From the NCBI GenBank assembly GCA_951406725.2, contig OX597824.1, forward strand, positions 41,974,001-42,038,000: a stretch of 64,000 nt of DNA, in the 5' to 3' direction. Each line of letters begins with the position of its first letter. Position 1 is the first letter of the stretch. The position numbers and the translations under genes are program-made. Below, piece after piece: positions 11,512-29,830 of the stretch. The notes under the pieces were generated by a model. That model saw only the letters and a list, made by a program, of their open reading frames with translations, was not told where the DNA came from and ran no database searches. Origin of the DNA: Octopus vulgaris (Eukaryota).

Positions 11512-13185
11512 GGTGATTAAGAGAGAGATAGACAGAGAGAGAGAGAGAGTGAGAGAGAGAGAGAAAGCGAGAAAGAGGCATACATACAAAAAGCCATAAA
11601 GATAGATAAGTAGATAGAAAGATAAGTAGTTCGTTAAATGGATGGATACATGGATACGTAGATACATAGTGATACATCCACAGATAGAAGTCATATAGAA
11701 AGATGGTATGTAGATTGAATGATAGATAGGTAGATGAATTTCAGGGATAGACGGTAGACGGATAGTTTGATATATGGATAGGAAGACATGGATAGGAAGA
11801 CAGGGATTTGGAAGACAGGCAGATGAAAAGTAGGCAGATAGAGGGTTATATAGATAAAGAGATAGAAACGTCACTGATATAATGACCTGTATGACAGAAG
11901 TACAGAGACAGCAAGATACATTGATAGATTATTGGCACAATCAAGGAGCGAAGGATTTATTCAGTACAAGGGATAGAGATGTAAGTTTATTGGAAGCTGA
12001 ATACGCTATTAGCACTTGATCATCTGCCGTTCATGTAGCGGTTAGCGAAGTTTCCCGTAACAAATTTATACTTACCAACGAATTACCTACTTACCTACCT
12101 ACCTAAAAGGATGGGTATATATATTTTTTATGCTGGAAAGCATTTATATACATTGGAAAGGTTACCTTCTTCAAGACGATAAATGCTCCCAAATAATATA
12201 CAGTTTGACGGAGAGAAGTCACTCCCAGAAATATGCAGACTGTGATGATTGTATGTATCCATGCAGGCACATAATTAACATATATGTATAAACTATTCAA
12301 ATGCACACATAAAAACAGAAAATATATGTTAACACTTATTTAAACTGGTACATATGAATACAAAGGGTTTTTTCGCTATTCGAATTTCAGGCATGGAAAT
12401 CTTATTTACATATTCAAAATGTTACGCTCTAGTTTGTAATAATCAGTCATATTTAGTCTATCAATTATTATGCGGTTATCGTTCTTACAGGTTTGTCCAT
12501 TATTATTAATGAAGCTGTTGTAGTATATTCGTCTTGCTTACAACTCCGAAAAATCATTCAATATGAATGAATTTGACAACCTGTACTAGAATAGGATCTC
12601 ATTTTTCGCATTGTGTAAGCATGCATCTTGCATAATGATACTACATTTTCCTGCAACACATTACGGACACTTCTCAGACACATTTACTTAAGGTGTCACA
12701 AAAGCTATTATGTCCATTCTATATCTATGTTAACATTTTTCTCTTTTACGAATCAAATAACAAGAGAAAGAGGTTGTATTTCTTTTATGTATCTTGCGGA
12801 ATGTGTTCATATGATATATTTGGGACAGTATTAAATGTTCGATGCTCCAATGGAATTGGTAGTTTTTTAAAATTATTTCTTAATTTAAAAATTACAGGTT
12901 TACATTTTTGGTATAGTACATTTGAATATATTTATAACTAAAGCCTGTATATTACAAGCTACTTTGCTAATCATTTTCTTGATGGCATGCTTTTGGTCTC
13001 TCTTGTCGCTGTAGATAAATTTTGCATTGTTTCTGTTAAAGAGCAGACGGAACTCATGGTCAATTGTAAAATGTAGAGGAATTAGTAATAACAAAAAATC
13101 TTCCCCACATTCGGCGGTACGTTCAGACAAAAAAATAGGTATATTATTGACATTATTTACAATTGACGTATATTTGTCCTCATCT

Positions 13186-13290
13186 TGTTTGTTGGTAACA
13201 CAACATTTCCGCTAATATACCCTCCAGCCTTCATCAGGTGTCTTGGGGGAAATTTCGAACCTGGGATTTCATTCCTAAGGTATTTTTCGA

Positions 13291-13342
<52 letters not shown>

Positions 13343-13470
13343 CTTCTTCTTCTTCTTCTTCTTCTTCTTCTTCTTCTTCTTCTTCTTCTTCTTCTTCTTC
13401 TTCTTCTTCTTCTATTTATCCGTCAATAGTAAATAATGAAAATAATTCCTCATCTCTTAAATATAGAACA
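13186..13470 (-). mobile_element. PLE-like fragment with decayed minimal hammerhead and internal (GTT)n(CTT)n
   Basis: Minus 13242-13197: gacac CTGATGA aggctg..tagcg GAAA tg TT gtgtt. Confidence 0.6.
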
Positions 13471-13727
13471 GAAAAATAGGTTTAGCCAAATTATCTTGTT
13501 TCATGATTCCATTGGGATTTTGTTTAGTTTCTTATGCAGGAACGGTTATGTTTCCTTCCTTACATCCCGATACTTATTTACTGCTTCATTACATGGTTTT
13601 TAGTTTATCTGCATTTAGACATCCTAAAGGAATATAGAAAGATAGGGATATATTGAATATATAAAAAATGGATTGCATTTTTTAAACAACGTATCGTTAC
13701 ATACACGCGCACACACACACACACAAA

Positions 13728-13763
<36 letters not shown>

Positions 13764-13777
13764 AACAACAACGACAG

Positions 13778-13811
<34 letters not shown>

Positions 13812-14106
13812 TATGTCACACATTCCTTCTTAATATGTTCCAAGAGATTCGAGCGTGTATATGACATGCGTTTTTATATTAAGTTAAAGTTATATATAAA
13901 AACAATTAAACATTGAGCTGCAGAATTACTCAGTAACTTTTAGTACTTTATATATTTATAAACTTTCATGAGGAAATAATTGACAGTGAATTCGAAATTT
14001 AGGTTTTCTCCTCGTCATCAACCCATCTGATGGAAGTGTGCAACGCACAAAACAAATCTTCAAAGTCAAAGTCAACATTTCTTCTTAAAATGTAATAATA
14101 CACATA

Positions 14107-14255
14107 GGCGCAGGCGTGGCTGTGTAGCAAGGAGCTTACTTCCCATCCACACGGTTCAGGGTTCAGTCCCACTGCGTGGAACCTGGGGTAAGTGTCTTCT
14201 ACTATAGCCTAGGGCCGACCAAAGCCTTGCGGGTAGATTTGGTAGACGGAAGCTG
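14107..14255 (+). mobile_element. SINE family A, 5' half
   Basis: GGCGCAGGCGTGGCTGTGTAG...GGTTCAGTCCCACTGCGTGG...GGTAGACGGAA. Confidence 0.85.
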
Positions 14256-14734
14256 GTTATATATATGAAAAATATTCACAAACGTAAATATGAACTGCAA
14301 AAGCAGAAATTTAATTTACTGCACAAATTCCCGAATTGTAAAGAACTATATATGGGCCAGACTAGAAATGCACTAACATAACGTTCACGTGTACACCGAC
14401 AGCAAATTAGAAACCCAGATGTCCATCAGATAACTTTGAGTACCCATCTAGCAACATGTGGTTGGAAAATATTTATAATATTTCCATTCCATAAGCTACA
14501 CAGTGAAATCGAGAGAAAAAACTTTATTGATATATCCCAACCCGAAATAAATAAACAATAATAATAATACTTAGAGGCACTATTTCTACTTCTACGACCA
14601 CTACCATTAACAACAACAGCAGTAAAGGTTTTCATGATGATGAGAGCAGGAAAATACTAGCTAAGTCAAGAGAAAAGTCAGTTAAAATAATCTTAATTTG
14701 GGTTTAAAGTTCTATTACCACAGCTACTTCTACC

Positions 14735-14766
<32 letters not shown>

Positions 14767-15078
14767 CGACAACAATAATAAAGATGATGATAATGGTGAT
14801 GAGGATAACTGAAATGTAAAAATCCCTGGGAAATGTTGTTTACAACATTTCTAAAAGTAAGCCAAATACTTACTGCTTTGGCCAGGGTCAAAATACACGT
14901 TCAACAAACTGTGACGCTTAAACCAAACATCAATCAACTTAAGTAACTTAAGTAAAGTCAAACACTGATTGGTCAGAATACAGTTTGCAAAACTTAACAT
15001 TCTGGAGCCTATACAAATATATTTAAGGCACACGTTTTAGCTATCTCACTACAGTTGTAAATTGTCACCACTACTATA

Positions 15079-15123
15079 TGAACCTGAAGATTGCCTAGTT
15101 TAATGCATGAAAGTACTAGTTCA
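15079..15123 (+). ncRNA. Minimal type-I hammerhead ribozyme motif (PLE-associated)
   Basis: tgaac CTGAAGA t-tgc..gca-t GAAA gtac TA gttca. Stem I is 5 bp, stem III is the palindrome AGTACT, triplet CUA. Confidence 0.65.
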
Positions 15124-15237
15124 ATCAGAATGGACATTTAATATTCTATCATTTCATTATATTATATTATCTTATATTATATTATTATAAGATTATAAAT
15201 AAAGCGTGAAAATCAAAGTTGGAATTTCTTTGAGTAA

Positions 15238-15313
<76 letters not shown>

Positions 15314-15329
15314 CATACATATGTGTATA

Positions 15330-15480
15330 ATCTGTGTGTGTGTATGGTGTGAATTTGTCTGTGTTTATGTCCCCCGTAACTTAGCGGTTCGGAAAAAGAA
15401 ACCGACAGAATAAATACTAGGCCTACAAAGAATAAGTCCTGATGTCGATTTCTTCGAATAAAACCTTTTAAAGCGGTGAA
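15330..15480 (+). mobile_element. SINE family A, 3' half
   Basis: CCCCGTAACTTAGCGGTTCGG...ACAAAGAATAAGTCCTG...AAAGCGGTG. Confidence 0.8.
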
Positions 15481-15499
15481 AGAATAAAACAAACTCATG

Positions 15500-19900
<4,401 letters not shown>

Positions 19901-19971
19901 TGTTTTTCGCCCGTGTTGTAATTGCTGATATGATTTCTTCATTTACTTACGGAACTTGGTGTTGTTGTTGT

Positions 19972-20003
<32 letters not shown>

Positions 20004-20427
20004 GGTGTCATTATTGCTACAATACCTAGATTGAGGGGCATATGCTTGTACACTCACACCCACGTACATGAAGCGTGTATATGTACGTTTTTATGTGAAT
20101 ATGTGCATATGTGTGTGTAAGCAAGTGCTTGTGAGTGTAAGTCTATGTGTGTGTTTGGTTCAAATAGGCGGGATTTCATCTTCATTCTACAGTATTATGC
20201 ATTTATGTTCATTTATATTTTATTCCTATTTATATGTACAGGCATATGTGTTTATTCACACAGAGACAACGAAAGCTTTCAGTGCCCACACAAGCACACA
20301 AGCACCCCCACAAGCACACAAGCACCCCCACACACACATCATATATACGTAAAAATATATATACGTGTTGCGTGTATACATATGTTTTCTTTGTGTTTGT
20401 ATATATATATATATATATATGTTTGTA

Positions 20428-20498
<71 letters not shown>

Positions 20499-20585
20499 TT
20501 ACACACAGGAGCAAACGCTTTTACATATAGATAAATATAGATTGATATATGCATACATACAACGTTTGTTTGTATATGTATTAGT

Positions 20586-21160
20586 AGCTGGCAGAATTGT
20601 TAGCACGCCGGGCAAAATGCTTTTCTATTCTAGGTACAAGGCCCGAATTTTTTGGGAAGGGGTCCAGTCGATTAAATCAACTCCAGTACGCAACTGGTAC
20701 TTAATTTATCGAGCCCGAAAGGATGAAAGGCAAAGTCGACCTCGGCGGAATTTGAACTCAGAACGTAGTGGCGGACGAAATACCTATTTCTTTACTACCC
20801 ACAAGGGGCTAAACACAGAGAGGACAAACGGATTAAGTCGATTATATTGACTCCAGTGCGTAACTGGTACTTATTTAATCGACCCTGAAAGGATGAAAGG
20901 CAAAGTCGACCTCGGCGGAATTTGAACTCGGAACATAACGGCAGGCGAAATACCGCTAAGCATTTCACCAGGCGTGCTAACGATTCTGCTAGCTCGCAGC
21001 CTTTCGGGCAAAATGCTTAGCGGTATTTCATTCGCGTTTACGTTCTGAGCTCAAATTCCGCCGGCGTAGATAAAATAAGCACCAGCTGAGCACTGGGTTG
21101 GATGTAATCGACTCATCCTCTCGCCCAAAATTGCTGCCACTATGGCAAAATTTGAGACCA
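20586..21160. mobile_element. SINE B (+) interrupted by an antisense SINE B dimer with 14-bp TSD
   Basis: CGGGCAAAATGCTT at 20609-20622 and 21005-21018 flanks two minus-strand units. Confidence 0.85.
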
Positions 21161-21367
21161 TTGTTTTGAGTATTGCTTAAAATTGTTTTGCTAATTAATC
21201 TACTCTAGCTTTTACCTTTTCTGAAGCTGAGATTGGAGGCAAAGTTTTCTTTATGGTCCTTAAATGTGACAGGCATTTCACCTTAGTCTAACATTATATT
21301 GTATTATCTAACTTTAGTTATAGCGTTAGACATTTTGCTTGAATTCTTTTCTTTCTTTTTCTTTCAC

Positions 21368-21659
21368 TTTACTTGTTTCAGTCATTTGACTGGTGCCATG
21401 CTGGTGCAACGCCTTGAAGGTTTTTTTTAGTCGAACAAGTCGACTGCAGGAGTCATACCTAAAGCCTAATACTTATTCTATCGGGTAATTTTGCCGAACC
21501 GCTAAGTACGGGGGCGAAAAAACAGCGACACCGGTTGTTATCGGTGATGGTGAGCCAAACATACTCAAAGACACGCGCACACACACAGAGACACAGACAC
21601 ATACACGTATATCTATATATCTATCTATCTATCTATCTACATGTATATATATATCTATC

Positions 21660-21720
<61 letters not shown>

Positions 21721-22290
21721 GCAAATTCCATAAACAAACCTTTCAATAGAAATATTCTCCTGAATTGAACTGCGACTGCTAGCCGCCACTGACCATTCAA
21801 AATACGACCATCAGAGCACTCCCAGATTTTCCCACCCCCTCTCCTCATCAGCCTTCTTCTTCTTCTACCCTACCAAGAATTCACAACGACCTCGAACACA
21901 CAAGTGCAAACAAGGGAGACAGAGAAAGGCAGAATGCCACTTATATTTGAACACTATACAAATATTCCTTTAAAAAAACTTTTCTTCTAATTTTTCTAAA
22001 TTTAATTATTTAATCGTTACAGTTGAAAAGGTCTCAAAATGACCGAAACCGGTACTGAAATGTTCTTTATAAAATTATTTTAGCATTTTCTATTTTGACT
22101 TGTTTTTTCATATATATATATATATATATATACACGATGTGTTTTTACCGTCTATCAAATTCACTCACAAGGCTTTAGTCGGCCCGAGGCTATAGTAGAA
22201 GACACTCGCTCAATGTCCACGCAGAGGGACTCAACCCGGAACCATGTGGGTTGGGAAGCAAGTTTTATACCCCACAGCCACGGCTGCGCC
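21368..22290 (-). mobile_element. SINE family A split into a 3' half (21368-21600) and a 5' half (22135-22290) by sequence inside its internal microsatellite
   Basis: The halves are colinear on the minus strand. About 530 bp lie between them, including the HHR motif at 22017-22060. Confidence 0.7.
22017..22060 (+). ncRNA. Minimal hammerhead motif with U3-A8 core
   Basis: cag TTGAAAA ggtc tcaaaat gacc GAAA ccgg TA ctg. All three stems pair; stem III is the palindrome ACCGGT; triplet GUA. Confidence 0.65.
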
Positions 22291-23189
22291 TATTTGTATC
22301 ATTTTTGTATTTAATTTGTATTCAACATTCGTATCATTTTAAGTTTGTATGGTTGTAAGTTTATTAAGCAATCAAAAGAGCTTGTTTTAGTAGAAAATCT
22401 GAAATATTTTTAGAAAACCTAATTTTCTTAATATAAGAGGAAATTTGTTTTGAGAGGTGTTGTGTAACTACAAACACGTTTCTGTCAAATTTATGTAATG
22501 TTAGATACCACTACTAAAACATTATTATCTGTCAATGTGCGCATATAATTTGATATGTATTAATGTGTAATATGTAGCCATTGTAAAAATATGCTTCTGA
22601 ACCACATTGTTCTGGATTTCATTCCATTGCGTGTTGACTTCAGCAAGTGTCTTCTGTTATAGCCCCAGGTCGACCAAAGCCTTGCGAGTGGATTTTGATA
22701 GGCAGAAACTGAAAGAACTCCGTTGTACACACACATGTATACATATGTGTGTGTGTATTTGTGTGTAATTTGTGTTCGTGCTTCCTATATATAAAATATC
22801 GGAACGTTAGTATAAAATATAAAGGTTGGTTGCATGGACAAAATAAAGGACCTTAATATTACCTTGTGAAGAATATACATACATATACGTATACATACAC
22901 GCACACACACACACATACATATTTATGCGTATATATATATACACACACGTACATATATATGTATATATTTGTATGTATGTGTGTGTATATACATAAGTAA
23001 TACATTCCGTTATAGAATACGTAATGTAACCGGAGGTCATAATTAAATGCCTGTATTCGACACCTCTAGAATATTCATCCGTTTAGTTGCATACCGGAAT
23101 GAAAATATTAGAAGTTGCACAGTTTTATATACAACATGATTTGCTTGTCTTTAACGGTAGAAGGATGGAAATATATAAAAATATAACCT

Positions 23190-23340
23190 TTTCTAGTATA
23201 GATAGATACAAAGCCTGAAATTTTGTGGATAGGCGATTAGTCGATTACATCAACCACAGTGCTTAACTGGTACTTATTTCATTAACCCCAAAAGGATGAA
23301 AGGCAAAGTCGACCTCGGTAGAATTTGAACTCAGAACCGG
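23190..23340 (-). mobile_element. SINE family B fragment
   Basis: GGATGAAAGGCAAAGTCGACCTCGGTAGAATTTGAACTCAGAAC. Confidence 0.85.
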
Positions 23341-23424
23341 AATGTTGGTGTACTACAGGAGCAATGAAATGAATATATCAATATATATAAACTATATATA
23401 ATGTCAGCATATGCTCTTTTACCC

Positions 23425-23889
<465 letters not shown>

Positions 23890-23964
23890 GAAATAAGGAT
23901 AATATCGATATTATCAAGTGGCTAGCATGGGAATAAATACCATACAAAAGTAATAATTTTTTAC

Positions 23965-24015
<51 letters not shown>

Positions 24016-24129
24016 ATATCGACTATATATAACATCACTATATTTTATATCAACAGGATCAACCATGAATACGCCAATGTCTGATGTATATACAAGCATA
24101 GCAATACATATACATTAATTTATGGAATC

Positions 24130-24345
24130 AGTGCATGTGGTGTTGATCAGGGACATTAAAAGCAGATTGATTCACTTGGTTATGAAGAAGAGAAAAGAAT
24201 ATGAATTAAAAATTGGTTGAACGCTAAGAGCAGAGCCGTTTGGTCAACGGCAGTAATAATTCCCAAGTATTTAGACGGTATTTATCAAGGTGTGGGTATT
24301 TGTAAAAAGTTTCAGAACTATTGCTCAGATGATACAACTAAGGTA
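24130..24345 (+). pseudogene. Highly decayed CR1/L2-group reverse transcriptase fragment
   Basis: Frame-broken reading VDQG..IDSLGY..*IKNWLNAK..LVNG ... SDDT resembles the RT motifs VDHG..LG..WIKNWL..R.Q.V.VNG and FADDT. Confidence 0.45.
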
Positions 24346-24815
24346 GCCTGAAGTTCTCCTGAGCTGTACATAAATCACAAAATTTACTACCATTCCTACA
24401 GAGTCTCGATCTCTCAAAAATTTCCCAAGGAAAGCTGAACCAATGGTATGTTTTTTTAGCTTCCGTATGAAACTAGAAAATTAGATTTTCTCTTTTCTAC
24501 ATGCCTGAAAGAAGTACGATTGAATTACTGTTGTTTAAAATCACCTTTTTAAAAGTCGTACGTAATATTTACTTTTTCTCTCTCATGATATGCCTGTATA
24601 TGTATATGTACGTGTGAGTATGTGTACGCGCATTTGTGTCTACCTAGGTGAACAGTTGTTGACGTAAATGACCATTACTCGGAATTTGAAATGCGTTTCA
24701 GACACCTATGTAAAAGTATAGTTGCTAATGCGCTCTCTCTTTCTTTCTTTCTCTCTCTCTTTGTACACACACATGTGTGTGTGCGCGTGCGCGCGTGTAT
24801 ATATATATATATGTG

Positions 24816-24871
<56 letters not shown>

Positions 24872-25533
24872 CATATACATACATATATATATAAATATAT
24901 ATATATATATATGTGTATATATATATAATATACTTATATATGTGATTGTGTGCGTATGTGGGTGTTTGTGTTTGTGTGCGTGCATGTGTAGGTGTGTATG
25001 TTTGGACGCTGAGTGCGTTTTTGTATATAGTCCTGTGTATGCGTGGGATGTGTGCTTATACGTGTTTTTGTTTGTACCAACCAGCTGATTAGCGATTATC
25101 TTGGATTTCTGCTTCTTCTTCTTCTTTTTCTTCTTCTTCTTCTTCTTCTTCTTCTTCTTCTTCTTCTTCTTCTTCTTCTTCTTCTCCTTTTTCTTCTTCT
25201 CGTCGCCTTCTCCTCCTCGTTTCCTCCTCCTCCCCCCTATATCTTGCACGCCTTCCATTACCGGAAGTGCTGTATCCTGACAGCGCTGACTGATAATTGA
25301 CTTAAATGGCCCAAGTCTCTGCTGATAGCGACATTGAGAAATAGGGTGGGGGGCTAGAGGGGTGGATGAAGTGTATGGGATGGTAGAATACAAATAGGAA
25401 GAAAAAGACAGACAGACAAAGACACATAGACACACAAACACATACATATATACATACATGCTCATACACACACATACACACATACATGCACATATATGTA
25501 TTAAATGAGAGAGAATGAGAAGGAAAGAGAATG

Positions 25534-25569
<36 letters not shown>

Positions 25570-27124
25570 GAAACAGAATCAAGCAATAATTGAATGGAGA
25601 AGGAGAGAGACAATTCAAATACAAAGAATGGCAGATATAAGTGGAATATAATAAATATAGAAAGCAAATAGACAAAACATGAAAACGGAGAAACAAATAT
25701 AATAAATAAATAAACAAAAACAAATGAAAATAACGAAGCGTGAGCAAAACAGACAATTACTAAGCGAAATAATGAAAGAATGGTTAAGGAATGGTTAGAA
25801 ATCTTCGGCCTGTTTGTGAGCGAAATTGTCTATTGAGATGCTTTAGTGTTTCAATATTCCGGTAGGTAAGAAATGGCGGACTAGACAGGATTATCCGTGC
25901 TTTCAAACGCTTCCTTTCCAATTGTCTGTTTGTCTACCAAAGTGGGGGAAGAGATATCCAGGAGGAGATTAAAAGACAGAGTGAGATAGATAGATAAGAA
26001 GAAATACAAGCACAGAGAGAGAGAGGGAGAGAGAGAGAGAGAAGGAGAGAGAGGGAAAGAGAGTGAAAGAGAGAGGGAGACAGAACGAGGGAGGGCTAGA
26101 GTGAGCTAGGCGTTTATACACTCACACGTGCAAATCTACATGAATATATCACGGTGCTCCAGCATGGCAACAGCCTTTGGAACACATAAAAGATATGTGT
26201 GTGTGTGTGTATGTGTGTGTCTATAAATGTATATAAATATATGTGCGTCTGCATGTCTGCGTGTTTTATTTACAATGTAATTCTTTACAATGTACTCTAA
26301 TAATCTTCACCGTGTACTGAACACTTCCTTCCGCTTTCATTTAGAAGCTGTAGTATTTCAATGCATGTATACATACATACATACATACATACATACATAC
26401 ATACATACATACATACATACATACATACATACATACATACATACATACCTGCTACTTTGGTTCTGTTGAAAGTCTCGCAAAGACCTGATCTATTATCATC
26501 ACACTTGTAACTAAAAGTGGAAATGTAGTTTCCGATGTTATATTTCACCGAGAATACTCCAAAGTAACTGTCCGGCTGTGCTTCTGCTTAGTTTGGCCTC
26601 ACATCTACTGTTATACTTTTTACGGAATTTTACTGGTTTTCTAACAAGGATTTTCAACAGCCGAAGACTCTAATGTAAACTTATAATTACTTTGTGGACG
26701 ATCCAAATATCTCTGCTCCAAACATTTGCAATACTGGGAAACAGCTGGGTTTAATCATATTTTCTTTTGTGGTAAGGATGGATGTTGGCCTGGAGGGTTG
26801 TTTATATTTAATAACGACACAGAATATCTGTTCCCCGCAAACTTTGCGTAAATGGTATCTCTGGCTTACCTATTCCATACAATCAGTGCTACAAATAACT
26901 AGGTAATAATGGAAATTTGTCATACAAAGTGCTGCGAACAAAGTAACTGGAGAATGTTGTGACAACAATAAAATAAGAAATAAAAATGATAATAAAAATG
27001 CATAATAAATCAGAGTGTTCTTCTTACAATAAGAAAATGTTCCACAATATATTTACAGTACCAGTCCTGATAACAATATTAGGGATACTTTACTGGTTTG
27101 GAAAGAGAATCCAGTCCATAGGTA

Positions 27125-27312
27125 TTAATTTCAAATTTTGGCACAAAACCAGTAATTTTGGGGAAAGAGGGGGTACTTATTTTATCAATCCCGAAAGGAT
27201 GAAAGGCAAAGTCGACCTCGGCAGGATTTGAAATCAGAACTTAAAGACGCAAGAAATGTCGCAAAGCATTTTCCCCGGCGTGCTAACGATTCTTTGAACC
27301 AGCTCACCGCCT
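27125..27312 (-). mobile_element. SINE family B, short-tail type
   Basis: CCCGAAAGGATGAAAGGCAAAGTCGACCTCGGC...GGCGTGCTAACGATTCT. Confidence 0.85.
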
Positions 27313-27935
27313 TTCCACTCTATAGTTATTAAAACTCGTTGGATGGCGACATCAACTGTAAACTTCTACAGAAACGGTGATATTGACAGGTTTGCGGACA
27401 GTGCAGACAACGACTGAGTGCTGTATGGTATCAGTCAGACAGTGTCTACTAAACAACCACAGCAAAAATAAATACATCAGCCAAGTGCTCAAGGAAAAGT
27501 GGATAACATCCTCAAGAATCATTCACTTCCTAATGATCTTCCATGTGAATCTAGAAGCGGAGGTTTAGCATACCTCAACAAGAACTTCGAAAAGAAACAC
27601 TTGGCATACTACAAAAAGCTTTTGCTTTGGTATGCTTCCTGTAACACTTGAGATAGCGGATAATGTAAATATGAAGTTTACTCCCTTTTTGACATGTGAC
27701 CATTACATCATTACGTCTTTAATGGCTAGTATTTTTCGGCAATGGAAGAGACTGCTTAATGCGCGCTTTAACAATACAATCTGAAAGCGGAACATTAAAA
27801 ATATGCATGACATTCCTAAAATACTAGTAACCCATCGTTTTTGTTATGCATATTCCAGTGATGGGGCTGGAATTCTTTGCTAGAAAGCAACTTATTCATT
27901 CGAGGAAGAAATCTGATAAATTATAAAAGAAAGAC

Positions 27936-28475
27936 GTGTGGTAAGTAAGTAGATTGCTTACCAACCACATGGTTCTGGGTTCAGTCCCACTGTGTAGGAC
28001 CTTGGGCAAGTATCTTTTTACGATAGCCTCGAGCCGACCAAAGACTTGTGAGTGGATTTGGTAGATGGAAACTGAAAGAAGTCCGTTGAATATATATATA
28101 TATATTTTCTAGTTTCAGCTCAGAGCTGCGGCCATGCTGATACACCGCCGTTTTGTGCTAGACTGTTATTGCGACGAACCTCGTCTAATATGTGGCACTT
28201 GGTGAAGAATGGAGTTTGATACAGCTACTCTCATTTGCACCTCTTGCCGTGAGGTAGGTTCATCTGGGACTCTTGACAGGAAGATATCCAGCTTTGATTT
28301 AAAAACCGCCACATCTACTTTGTGCAAGTTCCTCAGACTCTTTGGGAGAATATTAAAAAGCTGTGAGCCCTTGAAACCCAGGCTGTTGCAGAAGCTGGTC
28401 CTGAAGCGTGATGGCATTGCTGGGATCTTTGGCACTATGCAGTGTCGTCCCGTTCTAGCATTGGTGTAGCTTACA

Positions 28476-28506
<31 letters not shown>

Positions 28507-28773
28507 GTCTGTCTGTCTGTCTGTCTGTATGTATGTATGTATGTATGTATGTATGTATGTATGTATGTATGAATATGTTTGTGTGCCTGTGTTTGTCCTC
28601 CAACATCGCTTGACAACCGATGCTGGTGTGTTTACGTCTCCGTAACCTAGCGGTCCGGCAAAAGTGACCGATAGAATACGTCCTAGGCTCACAAAGAATA
28701 AGTCATGTGGTCGATTTGCCAAAGGCGGTACTCCACCATGGTCGCAGTCAAATGACTGAAACAAATAAAAGAA
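27936..28773 (+). mobile_element. SINE family A hosting a LINE fragment in its internal (TA)n
   Basis: Head at 27936-28088 and 3' half at about 28570-28773. Confidence 0.85.
28105..28480 (-). mobile_element. 5'-truncated CR1-group non-LTR retrotransposon 3' end (ORF2 C-terminus plus 3' UTR)
   Basis: Open frame ending at 28166: ...RTGRHCIVPKIP..FKGSQLFNILPKSLRNL..VFKSKLDIFLSRVPDEP..SNSILHQ, a typical LINE ORF2 tail. Flanked on both sides by (TA)n. Confidence 0.8.
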
Positions 28774-28989
28774 TAGATACATATATACATGTATACATAC
28801 ACAACTGCGCATGCACACATTCGCACACACGTACATTCACACACATACACTCACTCACAAACATGTAAAGATGATGATTCGCTCATTAACTTTGTACAAA
28901 TAAATACCCACAGGCACATACTTACATCCATAGATACTTGGAAATACACACTTATATGACCTTAAATGTGTTTATAAATATATAAAAAT

Positions 28990-29830
<841 letters not shown>

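Noticed and set aside
26450-27920. Non-repetitive stretches resembling decayed coding sequence (also 42200-42760)
   Set aside because: No sustained frame or recognisable motif on either strand; a BLASTX search is needed.
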